From: Mycoplasma mobile 163K
Lineage (GTDB): Bacteria; Bacillota_I; Bacilli_A; Mycoplasmatales; Metamycoplasmataceae
DNA: 32,000 bases
Assembly: GCF_000008365.1 (NCBI RefSeq)
Contig: NC_006908.1
Coordinates: 180,001 to 212,000 of the forward strand
Direction of reading: 5' to 3'
Of this stretch, positions 17,223-28,622 are shown in pieces (the stretch's first letter is position 1; each line of letters begins with the position of its first letter). The position numbers were made by a program, and so were the translations under genes. Below the pieces are notes generated by a model. The model saw only the letters and a program-made list of their open reading frames with translations, searched no databases and was not told where the DNA came from.

Positions 17223-17297
17223 TGGAGGCACCAACCGGATTCGAACCGGTAATCAGGGTGTTGCAGACCCATGCCTTGGCCATTTGGCTATGGTGCC
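17223..17297 (-). tRNA. tRNA-Cys (anticodon GCA), CCA encoded
   Basis: The reverse complement is GGCACCATAGCCAAATGGCCAAGGCATGGGTCTGCAACACCCTGATTACCGGTTCGAATCCGGTTGGTGCCTCCA. It has acceptor GGCACCA/TGGTGCC, anticodon loop CTGCAAC and T-arm CCGGTTCGAATCCGG. Confidence 0.93.
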
Positions 17298-17319
17298 ATC
17301 AAAAAAATTTTACATTAAT

Positions 17320-18141
17320 TTATCTATTTTTATTGTTTTTCTTAAATTCTCCATTTAAAATTTTGGCAACTCCACCATTTTTATATTTTGGTCCAATATG
17401 AGTTGCAATTTCTTTTAAAGAATTAGATCCATCTTCTAATGCTATTAAAGCACCTACTTTTCCTAAGGTTGTTGAATCATTCATACTATCTCCAATATGA
17501 ACAGTTTTTTGCGGATCAATTCCTAAAAGTTTTGAAACAAATATACTTGCTAAGCCTTTTGAAGCCTTTATATCCGTTATTTCAATAGCTCATCCATTTG
17601 CAGTTGTTGTAATGGTCACATTTAATCCTAATGATTTTATTTGATCTCAAAACTCATTTAATTTCGATTTTATAGGAGCTATCAAAAGAATTTTATTAAC
17701 TTCAATATTTACATTAAAATTAAAATTTTCATAAGGTTTTGCAGATAGAGTTGAAAATTTATCTGCAAAAAATCTAAAAATAGATTTTTTAGGTCCGTAA
17801 AAATTACCACGTGAATTTATCAAAAAAAAGACTTTGTTTTTTTTAGCAATTTCAATTATTTTATGAACTGTGTTTCTTTCAATAGTCAAATTCAAAAGTT
17901 TATTTGCATTTCTATCAATTATAAGCGCACCATTTTGACAAATTGCATATTTTAAATTATGTTTTTCCATTAATTGATAAATTAAACGGCTTTCTCCTCT
18001 TCCAGTAGATATAATTATTGGGGTAGTTTTGTTAACTTGGTTCAAAACAACACTATTGAAATCAGACAACTTGTGCCTACTTTTATCAAGTAGAGTTCCA
18101 TCTAAATCAATAAAATAGCCTTTTATATCAAAATCAATCAT
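17320..18141 (-). CDS. Cof-type HAD-IIB family hydrolase (sugar-phosphate phosphatase-like)
   Basis: Track ORF 17647-18141 carries 'FIDLDGTLLD'. It continues in frame through two TGA codons (17647, 17590) to TAA at 17320-17322. The downstream part contains 'GDSMND'. Confidence 0.85.
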
Positions 18142-18147
18142 ATTTTA

Positions 18148-18153
18148 ATTATA
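18148..18153 (-). promoter_or_regulatory. candidate -10 box (TATAAT on the minus strand) 6 nt upstream of the HAD hydrolase ATG
   Basis: The minus strand reads caaTATAAT-taaaat-ATG(18141), with no SD. Confidence 0.35.
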
Positions 18154-18195
18154 TTGAGAATATTTTTTTAATTCTAAAAAAGCATAAATTTAGAT

Positions 18196-18498
18196 TTAAA
18201 TCTTATTAATTAAATCTATTAATTCATCTGCAGATTTAAATCCAATAACTTTTTCTTTTAATTCTCCATTTTTGAAAAAAAGTGTAGAAGGTGTGTTTTT
18301 AATTCCAAATTCTCTTGTGAATTCTCTATCTTTATCAACATCTATTTTGAAAATTTCATAACCTTTAGAACCCACTTCTTCTAAAATTGGCCCATACATT
18401 CTACAAGGGCCACATCAAGTTGCATGAAAAACAAGAATTTTTTTATCCTTATTAAATTTTTCAAAGTCAATTTGCTTTTTTACTACTTCATGAACCAT
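18196..18498 (-). CDS. trxA: thioredoxin (100 aa), copy 1
   Basis: Track ORF 18196-18399 extends upstream through TGA 18415-18417, which encodes the Trp of 'WCGPC'. It reaches ATG 18498, preceded by GGAGAG. Confidence 0.9.
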
Positions 18499-18550
18499 AA
18501 AACACTCTCCAAGATCTTATACAAATAATTATATTATATAAAGCATCATT

Positions 18551-18592
18551 TATAAATAAAAAAAGAAGTTTTAGCTTCTTTTTTTATTTATA
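18551..18592 (-). terminator. 18-bp perfect AT-rich inverted repeat between the two thioredoxin genes (probable terminator)
   Basis: The arms are TATAAATAAAAAAAGAAG (18551-18568) and CTTCTTTTTTTATTTATA (18575-18592), with loop TTTTAG. It begins 20 nt downstream of the stop of thioredoxin copy 2. Confidence 0.5.
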
Positions 18593-18611
18593 AAACTTTG
18601 AAAAAAACAGT

Positions 18612-18917
18612 CTATTTATATTCATTTAAGATTTCTAAAATTTCTTCTTCAGCTCTAAAACCTACAACTGTTTCAACAACTTTTCCATCTTTGAAAACAA
18701 ATGAAGTTGGAAATCCTGGAATTTCCATTTCTTGAGCAAATTCTTTGTCTTTATCTCCATCTACTCTATAGATTTCAAAACCTTTTTCTGAAACTCTTTC
18801 AAGCTCTGGACCTAATAATTTACAAGGTCCACATCATAAAGCATGAAAATTTAATAATTTTAATCCTTTATTGAATTCTTTAAAATTAATTTCTGATTTT
18901 GTTACATGTTTAATCAT
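18612..18917 (-). CDS. trxA: thioredoxin (101 aa), copy 2
   Basis: This ORF is absent from the track because TGA 18834-18836 (again the Trp of 'WCGPC') splits it. It runs from ATG 18917, preceded by AGGAGAA, to TAG 18612-18614. I checked the frame codon by codon. Confidence 0.88.
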
Positions 18918-19008
18918 ATTAAAATTCTCCTAAATATCATTTTGTATTTCTACTTTATAAGTATACCATATATAAGTTAAAGTTTATGTATTGATATAAA
19001 ACTTAACT

Positions 19009-20439
<1,431 letters not shown>

Positions 20440-20446
20440 AGTTTAA

Positions 20447-20452
20447 ATTATA
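20447..20452 (-). promoter_or_regulatory. candidate -10 box (TATAAT on the minus strand) 7 nt upstream of the proS ATG
   Basis: The minus strand reads ttTATATAAT-ttaaact-ATG(20439), with no SD. Confidence 0.4.
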
Positions 20453-20503
20453 TAAAAAATTAAAATTAATTCAAAAAAATAAAAAAACACCCTATAGGTG
20501 ATA

Positions 20504-20578
20504 TGGCTGCCCCAGTTGGATTTGAACCAACGCATGTCGGTACCAAAAACCGATGCCTTACCGCTTGGCTATGGGGCA
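20504..20578 (-). tRNA. tRNA-Gln (anticodon UUG), CCA encoded
   Basis: The reverse complement is TGCCCCATAGCCAAGCGGTAAGGCATCGGTTTTTGGTACCGACATGCGTTGGTTCAAATCCAACTGGGGCAGCCA. It has a U1-A72 acceptor TGCCCCA/TGGGGCA, anticodon stem TCGGT/ACCGA and loop TTTTGGT. Confidence 0.93.
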
Positions 20579-20581
20579 ATA

Positions 20582-20665
20582 TGGTGGGGGGGGAGGGATT
20601 CGAACCCCCGAATCCTAAGAAAGTGGGTTACAGCCACCCGCAGTTGGCCGCTTTGCTACCCCCCC
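20582..20665 (-). tRNA. tRNA-Tyr (anticodon GUA), long variable arm, CCA encoded
   Basis: The reverse complement begins GGGGGGGTAGCAAAGCGG and has anticodon loop CTGTAAC and a long extra arm. The T-arm is followed by CCCCCCC-A-CCA. Total length is 84 nt. Confidence 0.92.
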
Positions 20666-20709
20666 AAGTTATTGTGATAGTAAGTTAAAATAACCTCAAT
20701 CACTTTTAT

Positions 20710-20717
20710 ATTATACA
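20710..20717 (-). promoter_or_regulatory. candidate extended -10 (TGTATAAT on the minus strand) for the tRNA-Tyr/tRNA-Gln unit
   Basis: The minus strand reads aaaTaTGTATAATataaaag, about 45 nt upstream of the tRNA-Tyr 5' end and just downstream of the nusG terminator. Confidence 0.35.
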
Positions 20718-20736
20718 TATTTATGATTTTCATAAA

Positions 20737-20768
20737 TAAAAAAAATGGTAATATTTACCATTTTTTTT
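20737..20768 (-). terminator. rho-independent terminator after nusG
   Basis: The stem AATGGTA / TACCATT (20744-20750 / 20756-20762) has loop ATATT. It is flanked by A and T runs, giving a U-tail on the minus strand. It starts 3 nt after the nusG stop. Confidence 0.65.
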
Positions 20769-20770
20769 AT

Positions 20771-21418
20771 TTATTCCGAAACTACTTTTAAGTTTTTGTG
20801 TTCGAATTCAACAGGTGTTTTTCTTCCAAAACTTTCAATAGCAATAGTTGCTAAGGCTTTAATATCATTATTCTCTAAAATTATTCCTTCTTCATCTTTA
20901 AAAGGCCCTTCTAGAACTTTAGCTACTAAACCAATTTTGAATTTTGAATTGTAATTACCAGATCCAAATTCTTCAATTTTCTTTTTCTCAAAATCTAGCA
21001 TTTTAGAAAACTTTCTTTCGGAAATAGGTGTTGGTTTTGTACCTTTACCAGAACTACCAATTAAGCCAGTTACATTTTCAGTGTTTCTAACCATAAATCA
21101 AACATCATCAGTCATTATCATTTTCATAAAAATGTATCCTTTATAAAGTTTTTCTTGTTTTACTTTAAAATTTTCACCATTGCGCTTTTTTTCTAATTCT
21201 TTTTCAGTTAAATAAGGAGTTTGAAAAATTTTTATTTCTTTTATAACTTCACCCATTCCTAAAGACTTAATTTTATTATTTAAAGATTCTAAAACTTTTT
21301 CTTCTTTTCCGGAAACAACTGAAATTGTATATCAATGAAAAAGAGAATCATCTCTTGTGTTTTTTTCTAATTCAACTTCTTTATTTTTTTCATTTTCAAT
21401 TTTTAGTTCTTTTTTCAT
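20771..21418 (-). CDS. nusG: transcription termination/antitermination factor NusG
   Basis: Track ORF 20771-21094 carries the KOW region 'KIGLVAKVLEGPFKDEEG'. It extends through TGA 21098 and 21332 to ATG 21418. The N-terminus reads 'WYTISVVSGKEEKV'. Confidence 0.9.
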
Positions 21419-21646
21419 TTAAACTCCAACTCCTATTGTATTGAATAATTGTGTAAATCCAGTAACTATTCCATAGAAAAACAAAGTACACAATATTAAA
21501 AAAATTATAACATATACAAAAGATATAAAATAAGGTTTGCTTTCAGGTCATTTAACCCTTTTCATTTCTTTAGTAAAATCTCTAAAAACAAAATTTTTAC
21601 GTTTTTTCATTTTGGTTTTTGGTTTACTCGAAATTTTGCTTTTCAT
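21419..21646 (-). CDS. secE: preprotein translocase subunit SecE (75 aa)
   Basis: ATG 21646 is preceded by AAGGAAG. The product has 'FRDFTKEMKRVKWPE', with Trp encoded by TGA 21548, followed by a single TM helix. The stop at 21419-21421 abuts the nusG ATG. Confidence 0.85.
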
Positions 21647-21786
21647 TATTTTTCTTCCTTGTGCAAAGTGTGCTCCTTACATCTTGAGCAGTATTTATTA
21701 AGTTTTAATCTTTCAGAAATTGATTTTTTCACATGATAGTTTTTAGTTCCACACATTTCACAAGCTAATGCATACTTTTTTATCAT
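21646..21786 (-). CDS. rpmG: 50S ribosomal protein L33 (46 aa)
   Basis: The product is 'MIKKYALACEMCGTKNYHVKKSISERLKLNKYCSRCKEHTLHKEEK' with CxxC...CxxC. Its stop overlaps the secE ATG (TAATG). Confidence 0.9.
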   Translation of the reverse strand: MIKKYALACEMCGTKNYHVKKSISERLKLNKYCSRCKEHTLHKEEK

Positions 21787-21792
21787 TTGATA

Positions 21793-21798
21793 ATTATA
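21793..21798 (-). promoter_or_regulatory. candidate -10 box (TATAAT on the minus strand) 6 nt upstream of the rpmG ATG
   Basis: The minus strand reads tataTATAAT-tatcaa-ATG(21786), with no SD. Confidence 0.4.
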
Positions 21799-21846
21799 TA
21801 TAATAATTTATATTTTATGAATATTAATATTTATTATTAAGTTAAT

Positions 21847-22383
21847 TTAATAAAAGAGATCTTTTCTAATTTTGGACAATTTTTCTCTTATCTCGGAAGG
21901 TTTGCTTTTTAATATTTTTGAAAGTTTTCTACCATGAACATTTTTTTCAACAACAAGATCGTACATGTTCAAATCATCTTTACTTAAAATTTTTAAATCA
22001 ACCGGAACTTGATACAAATCATAATTATCTTCTAGCGCAAATTCTAAATCTTCTATTCAATAATATTTGTTTAAAACACTATATTTTTTTCCGTAATACT
22101 CTCTACACTTATTTTGCATTAAAAATTTTGAAAACTTAAAAAAGAATGTTCTAAATGTTACATTTTGTTCTGGTCTAAATTTCTTCTTTAAATCTTCAAA
22201 TTTGAAATAAACTTCATTTAAAAGATCAGTGTATTCCAAAAAAGGAATATTATATTTTTTTAAAATTGCTTTTGCACTTGAAATTAAATAATCATTATGT
22301 TTCATCACTCAGTTTTTTAAAGTGAATTTACTTACTTCTTCAAGTGTTTCTATTTTTACTATTTTATTCGAATTTATCATCAT
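21847..22383 (-). CDS. sigma-70 family (SigH-like / group 4-like) RNA polymerase sigma factor candidate, 178 aa
   Basis: Track ORF 22057-22308 extends both ways through TGA codons 22057 and 22309. It runs from ATG 22383 to TAA 21847-21849. The region-2-like stretch is 'DLLNEVYFKF...FRTFFFKFSKFLMQNKCREY'. The region-4-like HTH is 'LSKDDLNMYDLVVEKNVHGRKLSKILKSKPSEIREKLSKIRKDL'. It occupies the position of B. subtilis sigH (rlmB-...-sigH-rpmG-secE-nusG). An alternative in-frame ATG lies at 22419. Confidence 0.55.
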
Positions 22384-22393
22384 ATTTATTTTA

Positions 22394-23086
22394 TTACCTA
22401 CTTTTTTTGCTAAGATCATGAAGTAAAATTCCTGTTGCTACTGCAGCATTTAAAGATTGTACTGTTCCACTCATCATAATTTTTACCTTTACATCTAATG
22501 AATTTATCATTGTTTTTGAAAGCCCACTATGTTCATTTCCAATTATCAAACCAATTGGAAAATTTATTGGTGCATTTTTTATTTCAAATGAATTTTCATC
22601 TAGCATTGATCCATAAATTCAAAAACCGTGTTCTTTTAAAAAATTAATAGCTACAATTAAAGAGTCTATTTTTATAATTTTTACATTATAAAAACCACCA
22701 GATGATACCTTCAATGCAACATCGTTTATCTCAACAGATCTTTTGGAAGGGATTATAATATAGTTTCAACCAAAAGCATTTGCACTTCTTAGAATGGAAC
22801 CGAAATTAAAGGAATCTTGAATGTGATCCAAAATTAACACTTTATCAGCTTTATCTTTAATTATATTTTCTAGAGAAAAATAATTAAATTCTTTTAATTC
22901 TGCAACAATATTTTGATGATTTGTTTTTACTAGTTCATTCAAAGTTTGTAAATTGGTATATTCAACAATAATATCTTTGTAAATACTTTCATAATCTTTT
23001 TTATTTATCAGAAAAATTTTTTTTATTTCAACTTTATTTTCTATTGCCTCTCTTATTGAGTTTTTACCACTTAAATACAACTTCAT
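22394..23086 (-). CDS. rlmB: SpoU/TrmH-family RNA 2'-O-ribose methyltransferase (RlmB/YacO-like)
   Basis: Track ORFs 22394-22606 and 22766-23086 share one frame and join through TGA 22766 and 22619. Motifs are 'DSFNFGSILRSANAFG', 'IIGNEHSGLS' and 'VQSLNAAVATGILL'. Synteny places it after cysS. Confidence 0.82.
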
Positions 23087-23089
23087 AAG

Positions 23090-24331
23090 TTAAACCAACT
23101 TTTTTTCTTTTAATTCTAGAAATAATTTATCTGAAATTTTGAAATTTTTATTTGTTTTTTCTATTTTTCATTTCAAAAACAAATCCAAATCTTTTTGACT
23201 GACATTTTGTGAGCTAAATTTAAACCCTAATAATTTAAAACATTCTACTAATTTATTAGCTGCATCTAAATCTACCACACTATTAAATAACTTAATTTGC
23301 AAATTAATTTCAAAATTTATTTTGCTAAATTCAAAATTCTCTAGTAATTTAGCAATTTTTTCAAGATATTTTTGAGTTTCAACTTCATTTTGTCTTTTTT
23401 TGCTTTGCATTATTAATAAATTCGCTTGATTAAAAGTTACTTGATATTTATTTGAAATTTTTTTATTTGATTCTAAAATTTCTTCATTTATACTGATAGG
23501 AGTTGAAAAACTAGTATTTAAAATCAATGTTCTGAATGTATCGTTCCCATATTTTTCAATGAAATCATCTGCTAAAATAAAATTATTTAATGATTTAGAC
23601 ATTTTTTCATTTTCTCACTTAATATGTCCAACATGCAATCATTTTTTTGCCAAAGAAAGTCCATGCAATGCAATATTTTGAATGTTTTCATTTTCATTAT
23701 GGGGAAAAATCAAATCTATTCCCCCTCCGTGAATATCAATTTGATCTTTTTTGAAAATATGATTTATCAAAGCTGAACATTCTGTGTGTCATCCAGGTCT
23801 TCCTTCAGATCAAGGACTTTTTCAAGTTATTCCAACTTTTGTTTTTTTTCATAAAACAAAATCATGAGGATTATTTTTTTCATTTTTAAAATCATCATCA
23901 CCATCAAGAGTTTTGTTTAAATTTAAATTTGAAATAGAACCATATTCAGGGTATTTTGTTGTATCAAAATAAACTGAACCTTTTTTAATATAACCAGAAC
24001 CTTTTTTTACTAACAGTCCAATGTATTCAATAATCATATTAATATTGTCTGTTACTTTTTCAATATAATCTGGTTTGTTAATATTATACTCATCTAGCAT
24101 TTTTAAATAAAAATCACTATATAATTCACTTATTTCTAATTCGGTTTTATTTTCCTTAGAAGCTTTTTCAATTATTTTGTCATCAATATCAGTTAAGTTA
24201 TGCAAAAAAAGGTATTGTTTTTCTATAAAATTTGCCCCTCTTAAAAAAAGATCAAAAGTCATGATTGGTTTCATGTTACCAATATGAACTTTATTGTAAA
24301 CAGTTGGACCACAAACATATATGTATTTCAT
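23090..24331 (-). CDS. cysS: cysteinyl-tRNA synthetase
   Basis: Track ORFs 23168-23602 and 23849-24331 share one frame and join through several TGA codons. Motifs are HIGH-like 'VHIGN' and 'KMSKSLNNF'. Read-through of TGA 23168 extends the C-terminus to TAA 23090-23092. Confidence 0.92.
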
Positions 24332-24546
24332 AAAAAAATTATATTATATTTTCATGTTTTTTTTAATTGCATTAGAATATTTATAGTAAATTTTGACTTC
24401 TTTAATTAGTATATTTTTATTTTTTATATTATAATTAGTATGAATATCAATTATTTTGATATATGTTTTTTGCAAATATAGAAAAACATAGTAATTTCAC
24501 TTACTATATATTATTTTTTAAATTTTGCAAGATTAGAGGGGAATTA

Positions 24547-24969
24547 GTGACTTACAAGGAAAAATTGCTAGAAAAATATCCTGATTTGATTTATGAAATA
24601 ACTTGAACTAAAGAAAAAGATGATTCATTTTTACAAATTACTTTGAATGAAAACAATTTGGAAAAAATAACTGAATACTCAAAAGAAATATCAAATATTT
24701 TAGACAATTATGAAAAAGAACTCCCCTCTAAATATTTTCTTGATATATCATCTAGGGGAATAAACCTATCAATTCAAAAGGAAAATTTAGATAATTATTT
24801 AGAAAAGTACATTGAAATTTCTCTTGTAAATGAAACAAAAAAAATAAAAGGTATTTTGTGAGAAATCAAAAATGAAACAATAATTTTGAAAGTAAATTTC
24901 AAAGGCCAGTTTAGAAAAATAGAATACAAAAAAAATAACATAAACTTAATTGAAGAAGTAATAAAATAA
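24547..24969 (+). CDS. rimP: ribosome maturation factor RimP
   Basis: GTG 24547 lies 6 nt after AGAGGGG. It is in frame with track ORF 24643-24861 through TGA 24604 and 24859. 'FLDISSRGINLSI' matches the RimP 'LEVSSPG..R.L' motif. An upstream in-frame ATG at 24463 is possible but lacks an SD. Confidence 0.75.
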
Positions 24970-24984
24970 AAGGAAATAAAATAT

Positions 24985-26529
24985 ATGAGTATTAAAAAAG
25001 AAAAAACTAATGAAAAGCTAACAATCAAAGACTTTTTTGAATTAGTAGGATCTCGTGCAGATCTTTCACAAAAAGAAGTAATGGATACATTATTGAATGC
25101 AATAACTTTAATTTTCAATAATGATTTTGATCCAAATGCAAAATTGGATTTAGTAATTGAAAAATCAGAAACTGGTGAAAGCAAAATAAAATTATATATT
25201 TTAAATAAACTTGTAACTGATTATGATGTTGAAGAAGAAGAAAAATACTATTCAATGAATGTAGAAAATGCAAAAAAAATTAATCCATCCCTTGAAGTTA
25301 ATATGACTTTTAAAGACGAAATACCTTTCGAATCTTTTAGTCCTTCGATTTTTAAGAAAATTTATAATGTTTTTACTCAAAGTATGAAAGAATTTTCAAA
25401 AGAGTATTTGATTTCAAAATATGGTAATTTAAAAGGTCAGATTATCAGAATGAAAATTGAAGGAATAAACATTACAAATAATAGAAGAATGGTTTCTTTG
25501 AAATTAGAAAATGAAAATGGTTCAATAGAAGCATTTATGCCTGATAAATTACAAAACCCAAATATTGAAATGGTAATAGGAGATTATGTTGAAGTTTATG
25601 TTGAGGATGTAAAACCAGATAGTCGCGGATTAAGAGTAATTGTTTCAAATACTTCAAATGAAATTCTTAAAAAATTACTTGAATTAGAAATTCCAGAAAT
25701 TGCTTCAGGAAATATTGTTATTAATGCTATTAAAAGAATTCCTGGAATTAGGTCTAAAATTGCTGTTTCAAAAACTTCTTTTGCACCTGATGGAATTGAT
25801 CCTATGGGGGCAATTGTAGGTCAAAAAGGAAGTAGAATAAACAAAATTTCTGACCGTTTAGGTGGAGAAAAAATAGATGTTATTTTATTTGATACAAATC
25901 TTGAAAAATTTATTATTAATTCAATAAGTCCAGCAAGTGTTGCTCATATTTCAAAAATTAATGACGAAGCAAATAATCATTTTCTAGTTGTTGTTCCCGA
26001 TTTAGACAATACTAAAGCAATTGGTAAGGCTGGCCAAAATGTTAAATTGGCTGCAGGTTTAACAGAAACTAGACTTGATATTTTATCAGTAACTCAAGCT
26101 AAAGAAAAAGGGATTGAGTTATTAAACAATGGTAATTTAGATAAAAGTAATTTTGGAAATAGAAGACCTAGTTTTTCTAGAACTAGAACTGAATTTAATA
26201 ATGGTCATAGATCAACTAGTTTTAATTCTATTATGGAAGATTTTGATAAGGAAGTTGAAACATATAAAACAAATATTTTAACTCTTCAAGATAAGGCTCC
26301 AGAAGATTTTCCAAGCTTTTTACCTAAGAAAAATACTCCTAATTCTAAAAATAATAAATCAATTGAATTCCCTCAAAGTTTTTCTTCTTTCAATACCCAA
26401 AAAGAAGATACATTTTCAATGGAAGATTTAGCTAAAATTAATAGTGATTTTGAAACAGATTCAGATATTGCAAGTTATGATGATTTTGATATGAATAATT
26501 TAGATGTAGATGGAGCTGATTGAGATTAA
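24985..26529 (+). CDS. nusA: transcription elongation factor NusA with a long low-complexity C-terminal tail
   Basis: An S1-like region is followed by two KH GxxG motifs, 'GAIVGQKGSRI' and 'KAIGKAGQNVKLA'. The track ORF continues past TGA 26521 for one more codon to TAA 26527-26529. Confidence 0.92.
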
Positions 26530-26827
26530 AAAAGAAATTGATAAATCTTTAAAAAGATTTTGTATTTTTACAAATCAGTTCTTTTTTAAAAAAGAACTTT
26601 TAAGAATCAATAAAACAAATGAAGGTAATATCGAAATTGATTGAGATCAAACAAAAAAAGGAAGAGGAGCATATTTAAAAAATGATTTTGAAATCATTAT
26701 GCAAATCTTAGAAAAAAGAAAATTAAATCGTTCTTTTAAAATGAACATAAATCAAAATGTTTATAATAATTTAATAGAAGAAGTAAGAGGTTATTATGGC
26801 AATAAAAAAAGCGAAAAGAAAATCTAA
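26510..26827 (+). CDS. ylxR: YlxR/RnpM-family (DUF448) RNA-binding protein
   Basis: ATG 26510 overlaps the nusA 3' end by 20 nt. The product shows 'KRFCIFTNQ...LLRI' and 'GRGAYL', with TGA-Trp at 26642. The stop at 26825-26827 overlaps infB by 32 nt. The position between nusA and infB is conserved. Confidence 0.7.
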
Positions 26828-28598
26828 TGTTGAAGAAGTAAAAACACAATTATTAGAAATCAAGACTGAATTAAAAGATGGTGTTTTTACCTTTACTGGC
26901 CCAATGACTATCAATGAGTTTTCTAAAAAAATTAAAAAGCAAGCAAAAGATGTAATTCTTCACTTTTTTAAACAAGGTAAAATGTATAATGCTAACCAAA
27001 TTATAAACGAAGAAGAAATCGCAGAATTATGTTTAGAATTTGATTATGAATTCAAAAAAGAAGAACAAATAACAGTATCTAATTTTATGGATACTCTTGT
27101 TTTATCAGATGAAGCAAAAGATTTAGAAGAAAGAGCCCCAATTATTACAGTTATGGGGCATGTCGATCATGGGAAAACTACTTTAATTGATGTAATTAGA
27201 AAGTCTAAAATAGTAGATACTGAGGCAGGTGGAATTACCCAACATACAGGTGCTTATCAAATTGAATATAATGGCAAAAAAATCACTTTTATCGATACTC
27301 CAGGTCATGAAGCTTTTACACAAATGAGATCAAGAGGAGCAAAAGTAACAGATATAGTTATTTTAGTTGTTGCAGCTGATGATGGAGTCATGCCACAAAC
27401 TAAAGAAGCAATTGATCATGCTAAAAGTGCAAATGTTCCTATTATTGTTTTTGTAAACAAAATGGATAAACCAAATAAAGATATTGATAGAATTCTTTCG
27501 GCTTTATCTACTTTAGATGTAGTTTCTGAAGAATGAAGTGGAGATACACAATTCATTTATGGTTCCGCTTTAAAAAATCAAGGAATTGATAAATTATTTG
27601 ATGCTATTAATTTGCAAGCTGAAATTTTGGAATTAAAAGCAAATAGAAATCGTGATGCAATAGGAACGATTATTGAATCACATTTAGATAAAGGAAAAGG
27701 TTCAGTTTCTGTTTTAATTGTTCAAAATGGAACTCTTACACCTAGAGATTTCATTGTTGCAGGAAGTCAATATGGAAGAATTAGGTCAATTGAAGATACA
27801 AATGGAAATTCACTTGATGCCGCTTATCCAGGAACACCTGTAATTGTAACAGGATTGAATTATGTCCCAAATGCAGGAGATAGATTTATTGCTTTAAGTG
27901 ATGAATCTTTTGCAAAAAATATTGCTGAACAAAAAGCTTTTGTAGATAAGCAAGCGGAACTTATTAGCAGAAATACAATTGTCGTTCAAGACGGAATTAA
28001 AGTTTTAAATATTATTTTAAAAGCTGATGTTCAAGGAATTGCAGAAGCAATAAAGAGCAAATTATTGGAAATAAAAAACGAAGAAGTAAAAATTAATGTT
28101 GTAAGATCTTCTGTTGGAGCAATTACAAAAAGTGATATATTATTAGCTCAAGCTTCAAATGCTATAATTTTTGGATTTAACATTAGAGCAACTGGGGGAA
28201 TTAAAACATTTGCTGAAGAATCAAGAGTAATTGTAAAAACACATACAATTATCTATGAGTTATTAGATGAGGTTAATGAATTATTAAATGGATTAAAGGC
28301 CCCTAAATTTAAAGAAGTAGTTACTGGAGAAGCAAGAATTAAGAAAATATTTTTCTATTCAAAAGTTGGTAATATTGCTGGATGTGAAGTCATTTCAGGA
28401 AAAGTTACTTCTGGAACAAAAATGAGATTAATTAGAAACGGAATAACAGTTCATGAAGGTATTTTAGATTCTTTACAAAGAGAAAAAAATCAAGCAAGAG
28501 AAGTTTTAAAAGGCTTTGAATTTGGTACACACATTAAAAAATTTAATGATATTAAAGAAGATGACATTATTCAAACATTTGAAGATGTTCAGATTTAA
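26796..28598 (+). CDS. infB: translation initiation factor IF-2
   Basis: Track ORFs 26796-27536 and 27612-28598 share one frame across TGA 27534. G-domain motifs are '[12 protein letters not shown]', 'DTPGHEAF' and 'NKMD'. Confidence 0.95.
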
Positions 28599-28622
28599 TA
28601 GTATAAATTTGAAAGGGTTATT

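Noticed and set aside
20586-20593. A G8 homopolymer in a ~25%-GC-looking genome raised the possibility of a slipped-strand phase-variation tract.
   Set aside because: It is the complement of the tRNA-Tyr acceptor 3' strand (7 C) plus the last C of the adjacent T-arm. It pairs with the G7 5' strand encoded by the C7 run at 20659-20665, so it is structural rather than a switch.
22607-22765. There was an apparent pair of compensating frameshifts with an in-frame TAA in the middle of the SpoU methyltransferase gene.
   Set aside because: This was my own transcription slip of one base. On recounting against the ORF-track anchors (TGA at 22766-22768 and 22619-22621), the frame reads continuously as ...IIIPSKRSVEINDVALKVSSGGFYNVKIIKIDSL..., which matches RlmB/YacO.
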